Positions 1 to 13,377 of a stretch of DNA of 64,000 bases are shown here, piece by piece. This DNA is from Eledone cirrhosa (taxonomy: Eukaryota). A model generated the notes under the pieces. The model ran no database searches and was not told the DNA's origin. It saw only the letters and a list, made by a program, of their open reading frames with translations. Location: the NCBI GenBank assembly GCA_964016885.1, contig OZ024743.1, positions 127,534,001 to 127,598,000 of the forward strand. The letters run 5' to 3'. The first letter of the stretch is position 1; every line of letters begins with the position of its first letter. Position numbers and translations under genes: made by a program.

Positions 1-159
1 TGTTTCAGTCCACTCAGATGGCGAAAATGAGTTGTACTTATAATTCAAAAGGCCAGCGTTTTTAATAATAATTGTTTCTACTTTTGGCACAATGCCAGCA
101 ATTATACTAGTGTATTACTGGTACTTTATTTTATCGACCCCGTAAGGATAAAAGTTTTT

Positions 160-2670
160 AATAATAATAATAATGAAATTATTGTGTACAGTGCTTAGGT
201 GCACTACAACTCGTCAAATGTGCATGTATAGTACATAGAATAATGTACAGATGTCAGGGAAGTGAATAGTGTATGAGTCATGATATACATGTGTGCGTGT
301 GTATGGAGGGGGAATATTAGGTGTAGTGTTGGCGAATCTCGGGAAGCATGGAGGTTTTAAAGGATGCAGTGTCTCGACAGCTAATAACTGATGCTGGGAG
401 TTTGTTCCACGCTTCAGCATCTCTGAGCGTGAAAAAATATTTCCGAAAGTCATTGGAAGTGTGCTGTTTTCTGACTTTGTTGGCATGCCCATGTGTGTTA
501 GACACATGGAAATCAAAAAGGTACTCAGGGTTAATAATTTTGTGGGTGTTTATCAAGTTAGTTGCCAGACGTCGGAGCTTCAATGTATCCATGCCCAGGG
601 AAGCAAGGCGTTCAGAGTATGGTAGATGCCTGATAGAGAGTATTTGCTTGGTTGCACGTCTCTGAACAGTTTCCAGGCAGTCAATGTTCTGAGCAAGATA
701 GGGGTTCCAGACTGGTGATGCAAATTCTAAGTGTGGCCGCACCACAGCTATATGCAGCTTTAAATAGATAGCTGGAGAGCAGCTGACAAAGGTCTTGCTG
801 AGTGATGCTAAGACCCCCTCGGCCTTCTTGACAATTTTAGAGATATGCTTTGTCCAACGCAAATCGCTGCTGACAGTAATGCCCAGGTCACGTTCACAAG
901 AAGACTTCTTGATATTAGTGTTGTGGAGGGAGTATGTGGACGCTGGGTTTTTACTCCCAAAATGCGTGGTGGTACACTTGTCCACAGACAGCTTGAGTTG
1001 CCAGTCTGTGATCCATTGTTGCATTGTGTCCAGGTCAGATTGCAAGCAAGATCTATAGTGTTCAAGATCAGTCCTTCTTATCTCAAGGTACAGCTTGATG
1101 TCATCTGCATATTTCAGTACTGTGGCATTCTTTAAGTTGGCATCTATGTCATTAATATATGCCACAAACAAAAGGGGGCCAAGAACAGATCCCTGTGGTA
1201 CACCATATAACATCTCATATGGTCAGGAATGCTGTCCTAGAACCGTGACTACCTCTCTTTGACTGAGAATGAAGGACTTCAACCAGATAAAAAGATCATC
1301 CTTCACACCCATTGGAGAGAGTTTTACCATAAGTGTTTTGTGTGGCACAGAATTGAAAGCTTTAGCAAAGTCAAGGTAAACAACATCCACCCATGAGCTG
1401 CCATCAATGATCCGGGTGATGTCTTCAAGAAACTCGATAAAGTGATCACAGCAGCTGGAGTTAGGGATAAATCCAAATTGTGAGGGCCGAATAAGACTGT
1501 GAGAGTTCCAGAAGTTCCAAAGTATTTCTCTGACACAGGATTCCATCAGTTAACCCATGCTAGCATGGAAGAACGGACGTAAAACGGTGATGATGATGAT
1601 GATGGCAATGTAGCTAGTAAGACTGACTGGACGATAGTTCACAGGTGATGTGCAGTCACCCTTTTTGAATAGAGGAATGACACTGGCAGTTTTCCACTGT
1701 TCTGGAGTAGCACCATTGTTCAGACAGAATTGGAAGTGATAGCTGGTGCAGAAGGAAGTACCCACCACGTTTGAGAAGCAGGTATGTAACACGATCAAGA
1801 CCTGGAGAGGCATGGTTGCGTTTATTTTTAAGGTGATGTCGCAACATTGCAGGTGTAAATTCCATATTTGTAATAGAATCCGGTGTCAGAGGTGGTGGAG
1901 ACGGTACGCTCTGGTCTTCAATAGTGAAAATTCCTGCATAGCATTCAGCAATGAGTTCTGCGCATTCCTTGGGGTCGTCAGTAACCTGGCTTGTGTGGGG
2001 ATTGTGAAGAGGACCAACTGGAGAGTGAGGCTTCTGCTTTGAGTGAACATACTTCCAGAACACCTTACTGTCAGGGCTGGTTGCTATGCGTTGCTCAAAT
2101 TCAAGCACTGCCTTTTTTGTCACCTGCTTGAGATGGTTGGATGATTTATTTCGTTTTTTCCTATTGATATCTGATTTATGCAGTTTGTACTCACATTCAG
2201 CATTACAACGTTCTTTTCTGGCAAGACAGACTGCTGCAGTCTCCTAAATTGCACTTTTGAGATGGTTTTTCTGCTTACGTGGCACAGATGCTGCACATGC
2301 TGTCCATATTGGTGTCAGGATGTTCTGGAGTACAGTGTTGACATCTCCAGAGTCGTAAAACTCAAGCCAGTTTAGACGTTGCAGCTCAGTGCAGTAACAG
2401 TTCCAGTCTGCTTTATTCCAGTCAAAGTGAGCAGTTTGGAGATGGTTGTGGCTTTTGTTACTGCCCATGAGGGATAGATTGGCAATGATGATAGCATGAT
2501 CAGAGTCACCTAAAGGTTCCTCAGTAGTAACACTAATAACCATTTCAGGAGTAGTGGTGAAGAGCAGATCCAAAGTGTTGTCACCTCTTGTTGGGGAGGT
2601 GACTACTTGGGACCAGTTCGAGTCCAGCACTAACTCAAGGAAATCATTTGCACCTTTCCACACTGTGTCG
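160..2670 (-). mobile_element. CR1/L2-group non-LTR retrotransposon, 5'-truncated and frameshifted
   Basis: Consecutive minus ORFs: endonuclease C-terminus (PTRGDNTLDLLFT, LGDSDH; 2244-2663), NYRPVSLTS, VVYLDFAKAFNSV, GVPQGSVLGPLLF, KYADD, ERDLGI. (ATT)n tail near 160-175. Interrupted at ~1550-1603 by a short RTE 3' tail. Confidence 0.9.
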
Positions 2671-3682
2671 CAATGAATCTCTACGAGAACAACGTAAAGA
2701 GTTCTCGTGTCTATGGAATGCTCAACTATTTACGTGTTAATCCCACGAGCCTTTCCGTTTGTAAAACAACTAGAACATTCGTTGTCGGAACCAACGGAGA
2801 AGGTCCAACATACACCTAACTGAGAAATTTACCTATTACCCACGGACGAGTTATTAAAGAGTTGTGTCGTTGACGTTTGTTTAATAACAATTTAAATAGA
2901 AATGTTGGTATCAGTATGTATAAACATCGTTACAGCATTTATTCAGTACTTAAATAAGTATAGTCCTATTTTGAAGATCCATTCATTTTTTATTCGGCCC
3001 AGAAGATTACTTATATTCCTTCTTAATTTCTGATGTACCAGGTGATGCTGGTAAGGGTTGGATATTCCAGCGTCTTAGGTGTGACCACATATTACCACCT
3101 CCCTTTCTTTTCATTCTTCACCATTGTCCTCATTCCTGTGTTTAACCACCACTTAGGATAAAAGGGTTTTTTCTGGAATAGCAACCACCCTTGATAAATA
3201 CTTCATTACAATAATCTTTGCATGGCTATGTATGCATCCGTAATTCTTGATGGAGTCATAGGGGCACTGTCCTGACATATGGCAGCATGTCTTGGGCACA
3301 TCCAATCTGGTGGAGCCCATCTCTCCAGAAGAGAACACAGCTACACAGCTAATTTCTTCCACAGAAAGAGAGAGGAAATGAGAAAGCAATATAGAGAATG
3401 AATCAACCCCATTACTTGAATGGTTCTTTTTTTTATCGACTTTGAAAGGATGAAAGGCAGGATTTGAACTCAGAGATCACAGAAGTCCTGAAATTAATAC
3501 TTTAAGGCATTCTATCCGATGTTCTAATGACTGTGCCAATTCGCTACATATAACAATGGATAGTAATTTGAATTTCTAGGACCAAAGATTTCTGAAATCT
3601 TTGGTAGGAAAAATATAAATGAAGCATTTCTGTTTCTATGGCTATCAATCTGGGGTCTATTAGTTATAGGGAACTATAATTA

Positions 3683-3871
3683 GGGCGGTGGATTGGCAGT
3701 ATCGGTAGAGGGTCGGACGTCATGCTTTGCAGCAAAGAGTTACGACCCTTTATGATCTAAGTTCAAATCCCACTGAGGTTAACTTTGCCTTTCATCCTTA
3801 CGGGGCCGATAAAATAAAGTATCAGTAATGCACTGGGTAATTGCTGGCCTTGTGCCAAAAGTAGAAACAAT
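3683..3871 (+). mobile_element. tRNA-derived SINE with a Meta-domain-like core (family copies also at ~70-155 -, 7277-7460 +, 13175-13365 -, 29469-29657 +, 56635-56757 -, degenerate 33980-34490)
   Basis: A-box-like TGGCAGTATCGG and B-box GTTCAAATCCC, followed by GCCTTTCATCCTTACGGGGYCGATAAAATAAAGTAYCAG; several near-identical dispersed copies. Confidence 0.75.
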
Positions 3872-4860
3872 TAATTATAGGGAACTGATTGAATTGACTC
3901 TCACCCTCAATCTAATTACCTCTAACCCCTATCTCTAATTTGGAATATATGAGTTTAGATTATATTATTTTCTTATGTATATTAATTTACTATAAGGAAG
4001 TGGGTCTATTCTGGAAAAGCACAAGATAAGATATCAATGACTGTTTGTAATTCACCTCTAACAGAAACAATGAGAAATTGCTGGAGATATGTAAATGAGA
4101 CACACCACCTAGTTGTTGTTTAGCTCTAGGTGAATCCTGGCTGAGCAGACCTGTAAACAAAGCTGTTCCAACCATAACTACATATACCTCTTAGGCATTG
4201 TATGTCATGGACTACATTACATGAGTCCCTTATATAGTTTGCTATATCAAGGTACATCATTTGAGAATCACTACAGTAGAGTGTAGAGAGATTTGGTTAC
4301 CATTTCTAGCATGTTGATTAATCATGAGTTGGGGATCTTTTTATGTATTTATCTTTGTTGAGATAAAATGCACCCAATACACTCTGTAAAGTAGTTAGTG
4401 TTAAGAAAAAACATCCAGCTGTAGAAACAATGCCAAACAAAGTTTAGAGATGACTTTTCAGTTACATCAGGGACACAACAAACTTCTTAGTGCTGGTGCC
4501 AGAATCAAATGCATCCAGTAGAAACTTGCTAAAATAAAAAAACAAAGGGTGGAGAGGACTTTTGAGTTGTATCTAAGACATGACAACCTTCCTAGTGCTG
4601 GGGCTACAATGAAATGCACCCAGTACACTTTGTAAAGTGGTTGGTGTTGGAAAGAGCATCCAGCCATAGAAACCATGCAAACACTGAGACATGTGTAAAT
4701 GAGATGTGGTCCGCTGACTTCTGCAGGAAAACAGTAACTCAGATTGAATCATCTTCATCAGTAATGATCTGTCCAACACATGTTAGAATGGACAAACAAA
4801 TATAGCAAATCACTACAAAATCTAGTTAGTAACTAAGAAATGTTCAATTAGTATTGTCAT

Positions 4861-6818
4861 TCTAGTAGTAAGTAAGGCAATCAAAGATATGAAGATGGAG
4901 AAGGCAACCGGTCCATCGGGTATAGCTGCCGAGATGCTGAAGGCATCTGGGTCTGTAGGTCACACTATAACCACACGTATTGTTAACCAGGTAATACTAG
5001 AAGGTGTCATACCAAAAGATTGGTGCAGTAGCATCATTGTCAACTGCTACAAAGGTAAAGGTGATGCACTAGATAGAGGAAACTATAGAGGTATAAAGCT
5101 GATGGACCAGGTCATGAAAGTAACAGAAAGAGTTATAGCACAGTTGATTAGGGACCGAGTGAAACTAGATGAGATGCAATTTGGGTTTGTACCAGGAAGA
5201 GGCACCATTGATGCCCTCTTCCTTGTGAGGCAGTTACAGGAAAAGTACCTAACTAAAAGTAAGCCACTCTACCTGGCATTCGTCGATCTTGAGAAAGCCT
5301 TTGACAGTTCCACGTGCTGTAATCTGGTGGGCTCTTAGAAAACTAGTAGATGAATGGCTTGTGAAAGCGGTACAAGCCATGTATAGGGGAGCAGTCAGCA
5401 AAGTTAGGATTAGCAATGAGTAAAGTGAGGAATTTAGCGTACAGGTTGGGGTCCACCAGGGCTCTGTTCTTAGCCCCCTCCTGTTCATCATAATCCTGCA
5501 GGCAATAACGGAGGAGTTTAAGACCGGATGCCCATGGGAACTCCTGTATGCTGATGACCTCGCACTTATAGCTGAATCTATGGTAGAACTAGAGAAGAAA
5601 TTCCAAACTTGGAAGCAGGGACTAGAAAGAAAGGGTCTCAAAGTCAACATGACAAAGACTAAGGTCCTTGTAAGTAGACGAGAAGACAGAACCCAGATCC
5701 CCTCAGGGAAATGGCCTTGCTCAGTATGTAGGAAAGGTGTAGGTAGGAACTCCATTCTCTGCCCCAAATTTAAACAATGGGTACACAAGAGATGTAGCGG
5801 GATCTCAGGAAGCTTAATTAAGAATGTAGGCTTCACATGCAGCAGCTGTGCTGGGACAGCAAGCAGCAAACAGCCACAGGAAACAAGTACCACCAATCTC
5901 TGGGAGGGCTCTGTAGAAACAGTAGACAGCTTCTGCTACCTAGGTGACCGAATTAGCAGCGGAGGTGGGTGTTCAGAAAGTACAATAACTACGGTAAGAA
6001 CGGGATGGAAGAAGTTTAGGGAACTACCACCATTGCTAGCTGCAAAAGGCTTCTCCCTCAAAATGAAAGGCAGACTGTATGATGCGTGTATCCGAACAGC
6101 GATGTTGCATGGTAGTGAGACCTGGGCGCTGAAGGTGGAAGACTTACGTAGATTAGAGAGAAACAAAGCCTGCATGCTCCGATGGATGTGTAATAGTAAT
6201 ATACACGAACGACAAAGCATAAATGAATTGAGAGAGAGACTGAGCATAAGAGGAATCAAATGCTGTGTGCAGGAGAGGCGGTTGCGTTGGTATGGACATG
6301 TGATGCGTATGAAGGATGACAGCTGCATAAAAAGGTGCAGAGCACTAGAAGTCGATGGAAACCGCAGAGTTGAGAGACCCAAGATGACCTGGGATGAGGT
6401 GATAAAAGCCGACCTTACCCAATTACACCTCTCAAAGGCGATGACACACGACCGTGACCTCTGGCGTCACGCAGTAATACAGAGTACCCGACCTCCCATG
6501 GGTACAAGCTGAAGCATATAGACAATATGTCCCCACACCCCTCACTGCAAGGTGGTCGTGGAGGTGCCACGGCAAAAAAGCACCCAGCCCACACTGTAAA
6601 GTGGACGTGTAGGCGCCACGAAAAAGCACCCAGCACTCACTGTAAATGAGGTTGGTGTTAGGAAGGGCATCCAGCTGTAGAAATCAAGCCAAAATCAGTT
6701 CCTGTATGAGCAAGGCATGGTCAGCCGACCAGACACTGCCCTCAACAGGGCAACCCGTCTAACCCATGCTAGCGTGGAAGAACGGACGTAAAACGGTGAT
6801 GATGATGATGATGATGAT
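4861..6818 (+). mobile_element. RTE-clade LINE (subfamily A), 5'-truncated, with stops/frameshifts
   Basis: RT motifs NYRGIKL, QFGF, FVDLEKAFD, GVHQGSVLSP, LYADD, FCYLG, RLRWYGHV; ~300-nt 3' UTR ending in (GAT)n. Confidence 0.92.
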
Positions 6819-7626
6819 TCTAGTGTGTTTTTTTCAAATGAAAATTTGTATTTTTTCTTTCATTGTTACTGATTAAGGCAGTGAATTAGGGTTTCAGATT
6901 GAATGCCTCAGTATTTATTCCAACTTACTGCATTTTGAGGTTGATATCTTACCTAGGTCAGTCTTGCCTTTCATCTTTTTGAGGTTGATAAAGTACCAAT
7001 CCTCCCTCCCGTCTCTCTCTCTCTCAGATATTGGCGATGTTCAGACATGGCGAGGAAGACTAACTTTTGGCAGTTCCTTGTGCATATATATGCACACATC
7101 AATTTTAGCCCTTGACACAAATATGCATATATGCGCTGGAAAAAGCTTGACAACCACTTAATATACTTTTGTAAATCCGGGCCATTGGAGATATAACAAG
7201 TTATAGTAAACTTTATTCTTTTCAATACGTCTTATTAAGGCAACCATACAACTTGTTAGTATATATTTCTATCTCGTGGATGGATTGGCACTATCGGTAG
7301 AGGGTCGGACGCCATGCTTTCAAGCATAGTTACGTCCCTTTACGATCTGAGTTCAAATCCCGCCGAGGTTGACTTTGCCTTTCATCCTTACGGGGTCGAT
7401 AAAATAAAGTACCAGTAATGCACTGGGTAATTGCTGGCCTTGTGCCTAAAGTAGAAACAAGTATATATTTCTATCTCTAATCTTAAATAGCTATACTCCC
7501 CTTTAATTACTGTCATGGTAGACTGACTTGCCTGTTAAGTAATTCTGTGGATGACACCTTATGAGATTGTCCTGTCTTGCATCATAATTGGATGATGGAG
7601 TTGGGCCATCAAAATATGTAGAGTGA

Positions 7627-7830
7627 AGGCACATGGCTTAGTGGTTAGAGCATTGGGCTTGCAATCGAAAGGTTGTGAGTTCAATTCTCAGACCGGGTGA
7701 TGTGTTGTTTCCTTGAGCAAGACACTTTATTTCACATTGCTCCAGTTTACTCAGCTGTAGAAATGAGATGATAAGGACTGGGGTCCCTATCATTCCACTG
7801 CAAAGTGGTCATGGAGGTGCCACGGCAAAA
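7627..7830 (+). mobile_element. second tRNA-derived SINE family (copies also at ~21510-21705 -, 38090-38265 -, 53160-53280 +, 61160-61340 -)
   Basis: TGGCTTAGTGG A-box, GAGTTCAATTC B-box, central TCCTTGAGCAAGACACTTTA core, and a 3' part shared with the RTE 3' UTR (GGTCATGGAGGTGCCACGGCAAAAAAGCA). Confidence 0.7.
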
Positions 7831-8321
7831 AAGCAAGTCTTTGACTAACCAATACACATTCCAAAACACGTCCACACGTGCACATACACACACACACGTA
7901 TCCTTAATTGCTTGCTTGCTCATGTAAATATACACATGAATACTGGTGAATACACACCCGCATTGCCGCACCACCAAAATATAGACATACACCCACACAC
8001 AAAAAAATAGAGACATTGCCTATATATATATATATATACCTTCTCAGTCCACATACCACAGCAAAAATATGTCTTTTGTCGCATCACCAGTCCGAAGAGC
8101 AGATCGATACTGGAGTCAGGTCCATAACTTCTATAGGTCACCTTGAGCCAATTCTCTGCGAAATGCACGTAACAGGTCGATATGCAATAAATATTTTTTA
8201 TATGTAAATGAAACTTCCTCATTTTTCTATTATATACACTCTGCCTGTGCATAGTGCTTGATTTGGTACTAACACCAGTATTTCACTGTACTACTTTTAC
8301 CGTACTGTATATATATATATA

Positions 8322-9613
8322 CGAGGGAGGATCAAAAAGTTCGCGGAATTTTATCGTAGTAAGAAAAAAATAGGTTAAAACAATATTAAACATGTCAGAA
8401 CATTGTCACTGAGTGTTTACCTTGCTATTAGTCACTTGCAGTCAGTTATGCGTGGACTATTGTACAGTACTGACACTTTAAAAAACCTCTTTTTGGAACA
8501 ATGGAAAATAGTTATTTTGAGATAAGATCGAATATCAAGTTTCTGGTGAAACTCAAATGCAAAGGGACACAGATTATGGAGGCTTTAGTTAAAGTTTACG
8601 GTACTACTGCTCCAAAGAAAACTGCTGTCTACAAGTGGATTCAGCGATTCAAACAAGGGAGAGACGACCTTGAAGACGACCATCGCAGTGGAAGACTAGG
8701 AACATCAAAAAATTACCAAACGTTGAGGCTACTCAGACTTTAATTGAAGAAGATCGAAGAATAACAGTTAATCAGTTAGCTAAGTCCCTAGACATTTCAT
8801 ATGGTTCGGCAAATTCAATTCTGCACGATAATTTGGGACTAAGCAAGCTTTCAGTGCGTTGCGCCCTGATCAGCTGATTCTTCGAAGTGATCTGTCTTTG
8901 GCGATATTAAACAAAATTGAAGTTGATGAAGAGCATTTCCTGACCAGAATCATCACCGGAGATGAAACCTAGATCTACCAGTATGATCCTGAATCCAAAC
9001 AGCAGTCAAAACAGTGGCTTCCACGTGGATCATCGGGGCCAATCAAGTTCAAATCTCAAAAGTTGGATAAAAAAGTGATGGCCACCATTTTCTGGGATTC
9101 AGATGGGGTGATACTAATAGATTATCTTGAAGGTCAAAGAACTGTGACAGGAGCTTATTATGCAAATGTTTTAAGGAAACTGAAAGAGGCATTAGTCAAG
9201 AAACGAAAAGGGAAACTTCATGGTGGGATCTTGTTTGACCATGACAATGCACCAGCGCATTCTGTGCGGGTTGCAAAAGAAGTTCTTTGAGAATTTCGAT
9301 AGGAAGAGCTTCCTCACCCGCCTTATAGTCCAGATTTAGCCCCATCAGACTTTTTCCTCTTTCCAAAACTCAAAGAAATGCTAAAAGGAACCCGTTTTAG
9401 TGGTGTTAAAGAAGCTAAAAACACTGCCAACACATGGCTTCGAACAAGGCCTTCAACTTTCTTTAGAGACGGCTAACGAAGCTGGAAGCATCGCCTTGTG
9501 AAGTGTATTGACCTGGATGGCAACTATGTAGAAAAATAAATTGAAGGTAAATCATATTTTTTGAAAAATAGAATATTTTCTGAAAAATTCCGCAAACTTT
9601 TTGATCCCCCTTG
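8322..9613 (+). mobile_element. full-length mariner (DD34D) transposon with an inactivated transposase (~8501-9538)
   Basis: TIRs CGAGGGAGGATCAAAAAGTTCGCGGAATTT / AAATTCCGCAAACTTTTTGATCCCCCTTG, 5' TA. Motifs TGDET, KVMATIFWD, HDNAPAH, HPPYSPDLAPSDFFLF; several in-frame stops. Confidence 0.93.
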
Positions 9614-12570
9614 TCATCATCATCATCATCATCATCAACGTTTAACGTCCGTGTTCCACGCTTGCATGGGTTTGGACGGGGGTAGTCCCACTTGAGGCAA
9701 GAGTGATTGTCTTGCTCGCATAGGACTGTCTGGCAGGTTTTCTACAGTTGGATGCCCTTCCTAACACCAACCACATTTACAGTGTGGGTCTGGGAGGTTT
9801 TTACCGTGTTGCCTACACGGCCACATTACAGCGTGGACTGTGTGTTTTTTTGTCGTGACACCTACACGATCTCATTTGTTTCGGCCTCGAAGGCGCGGCA
9901 CCAACATAACTTTACATAGAACGGGGTGGTGTGGATCGGGTGGGGGTGGGGGTGGTGGGACGGGGTGTATTTTGTTAGAGATGCCTACTGGCTGGAGTAG
10001 GTTTTACTATATATTTAGGTAAGGCGGGTCTTCTCTGTTACTGAGTACCGCCAAAGGTCTCGGTCCAGTGACATTGTCTTGGAGAGGTGTAAGTGTGTGA
10101 TGTCGGAGTTTATCAGCTCGTCCCAGGTTTTTCTAGGTCTGCCTATTCCGTGACTACCGTCTATCTTTATTGCCCTGCACTTTGTTATACAGCTATCGAC
10201 TTTCATGCGCATCACGTGTCCATACCAACGTAGCCTTCTCTCGAGTAAACAACATCTGATCCCTCTTATCTCTAATTTTTTCCTTAGTTCGTTTATGCTT
10301 TGCCGTTCACGTATATTACTGTTACACATCCAGCGGAGCATGCAAGCTTCGTTCCTCTCTAGTCTGCGTATATCCTCTGCACACAATGCCCAGGTCTCAC
10401 TGCCATGCAGCATTGCTGTTCGTATGCAGGCATCGTACAACCTGCCTTTCATTTTTAGTGAGAACCCTTTAGCAGCTAATAGTGGTATAAGCTCTCTGAA
10501 CTTTTTCCAACCAGTTCTGACTCTAGCTACAGTACTTTCAGAGCACCCTCCCCCACTGCTGATTTTATCGCCCAGGTAACGGAAGCTGTCCACTATTTCT
10601 ATAGAACCCTCTGCGCAATTGAAAGAGCTAGTAGTTTGTGGGCACTTGCTGCTACTTATTGCACCAGAGCACCGGCCACATGTAAAATCTATGTTCTTAG
10701 TTAGCTTACCTGTGATCCCACTACATCTTTTATGCACCCATACTTTGCATTTAGGACATAAAATGGAGTTTCTACCTACGCCTTTCCTACACACCGAGCA
10801 CGACCATTTCCCAGAAGGGACCGCCGCCTTGTTTTCTTTCCTACAAACTAGCACTTTGGTCTTAGCCAGGTTAATTTTAAGTCCTTTTGACTCTAGGCCG
10901 TGCTTCCATGTTTGGAATTTCTTCTCTAGCTCGGCCATTGATTCCGCTATGAGTGTCAGGTCGTCTGCGTATAGGAGTTCCCATGGGCAGCCTGTCTTGA
11001 ACTCCTCTGTTATAGCCTGAAGGGCAATAATAAATAGTAGTGGACTGAGAACAGAGCCCTGATGGACGCCAACTTTTACGCTAAACTCTTCACTATATTC
11101 GTTGTTAATTCTAACCTTGCTGACTGTTTCTTTATACATGGCTTGTATAGCCCTCACAAGCCATTCGTCAACGCCTAGTTTTCTAAGAGCCCACCAGATA
11201 ATGGAGCGGGGGACTCTGTCGAAGGCTTTCTCCAAGTCGACAAAAGCTAAGTAGAGGGGTTTACCTTTAGCTAGGTACTTCTCCTGTAGTTGTCGTACTA
11301 TGAAAAGAGCGTCTGTGGTACTTTTGCCTGACACAAACCCGAACTGCATTTCATCTAGGTCAATTCTCTCTCTGATTAGTTGCGCTATTACTCTTTCCGT
11401 GACCTTCATGACCTGGTCGATTAATTTAATGCCTCTATAGTTACTCCTATCTAGGGCGTCTCCTTTACCCTTATAACAGTTAACGATGATGCTGCTATGC
11501 CAGTCCTTCGGAACAACCCCATTCTGTACGACTTGGTTAACTATGCGGGTGACCATGGTGTGTCCCACCGTGCCAGATGCCTTCAGCATCTCAGCAACTA
11601 TTTCCGAAGGCCCAGCCGCCTTACCAGTCTTCATATCCTTGATTGCCTTACTTATTATACTCCCCTCGACTAACACTGCTGGTCCCTCTATTGGGTCGAT
11701 ATGGGGGAGACTGCCTTTCTCCCAATTATTCTCCTCATTTAGAAGCCTTTCATAGTGACACTTCCAAGCTACCTTCTTATCAGCGTCGGTGATGGCAAGT
11801 GTGCCATCGTCGTTTAGTACACACTTCTCCCCGACAATATCACGGTTTTCCTTGACGCATTGCCTAGCAATCCTGAACACCTCACGTTTTTGGTCATCGC
11901 GTTGTAGAACATGCTTGAACTTTCTTTCCTCAGCTTCCCTTCTTGCTAAGTACACTTGTCTCCTAGCTTCCCTCCTGGCCACTTGATAGTCCTCTCTACT
12001 TCCCCCATCCCGCCATACTTTCCAAGCCTGCTTTTTGGCCTTAATTGACCCCTCCACCTTACTGTTCCACCACCATGTTACTCTCCTCCTGCCTACAGGC
12101 CTGCTCCAGCCACAGACTTCGTCTGTCGCCAACAGCAGGTTTGCTTTCAGAAATTCCCACTCTCCCTCTATATTGTCCGACTCTAAATGTTCTTCCTTAC
12201 TGTCGAAAGCATCAAGTAATATGCTTTGAAATTTATTCCTGGCTGTGGGGTCCTTTAGCTTCCATATTTTCCTCCTGAGGATAGTCCTCTTCTGTTGTCG
12301 AGTACGTCTCGTCCTGACTATGAGGTCGCTAATTATCAGTCTATGTTGGGAGGTGCATTCTTCATGGGGGAGGGATTTAGTGTTAACAACAGACACTCTG
12401 TCACGTCTTCTGGTAAGGATATAATCTACCTGGCTTGTGTGTTCCCCGGATCTATAGGTGATCAGGTGATTGTCACGTTTTTTGAAGTTAGTGTTACAGA
12501 TAGTTAGGTTATTTGCATCACAGAATTCCAGGATTCTGGAGCCTTCCTCATTTCTAGTACCAAACCCATA
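9614..12570 (-). mobile_element. RTE-clade LINE (subfamily B), young, 5'-truncated inside the endonuclease
   Basis: Uninterrupted 793-aa ORF 12396-10015 (SQH endonuclease end, complete RT, PHD-like finger), 3' UTR, and a (GAT)n tail abutting the right TIR of the mariner. Confidence 0.95.
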
Positions 12571-13377
12571 GTATATATATATATATATATATGTATGTAT
12601 ATATTCCTCCTCATCTAGTACCGGGCCCCAAAACTGTGACTACACTGTGAAGATGGGTTAGGCTCCTTGTATCAGTGCTATCCAGTACCAGTACTAAACT
12701 ATGGTTCTGCTGTGAGATGGGTTGGGCTCCAAAATTGTGGTTCCTTTGTGAGATGGGTTTGGCACAGCCCACTGGCCTGTCCCTCCTCAAGACAGAGCCA
12801 TCCAGTCCCACACTGTAAATGTGGTTGGTGTGAGGAAGGGCATCCAGCTGTAGAATACCTGGCCAAATTTAGAGTCCTTGCCGGAGCAAGGTACAGCATG
12901 GTCAGACTTGCCTCAAGGCATGGATGACCTGTCTAACACATGCAAGCATGGAAAAATTGATGCTAAACAAAAATGATGAGGATATATATATATATCTACT
13001 AATATATAATACCTTTCTGTATTTGTTCGTCACAAGACAGGACTGAGGAAGGAAGGGGTGGCAGCACCTAATATTCTCTACACCTGTGTGTGTCTAAGAA
13101 TAACGAATTGGCTACACACATTGGCTGTTATGATTGTGTGTGTATGTGTGTTTGTGTAAATTATGTTTATATATAATTGTTTCTGCTTTTGGCACAAGGC
13201 CAGCAATTATACCAGTGTATTACTGGTACTTTATTTTATCGACCTCGTAAGGATGAAAGGCAAAGTTAACCTCGGCGGGATTTGAACTCAGACCATAAAG
13301 GGCCGTAACTCTTTGCTGCAAAGCATGGCGTCCGAGCCTCTACCGATACTGCCAATCCACCACCAAATTATGTTTAT

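Noticed and set aside
5249-12278. Antisense ORFs overlapping the RTE copies
   Set aside because: Shadow frames of the RT coding strand, recurring with every RTE copy and carrying no recognisable motifs.
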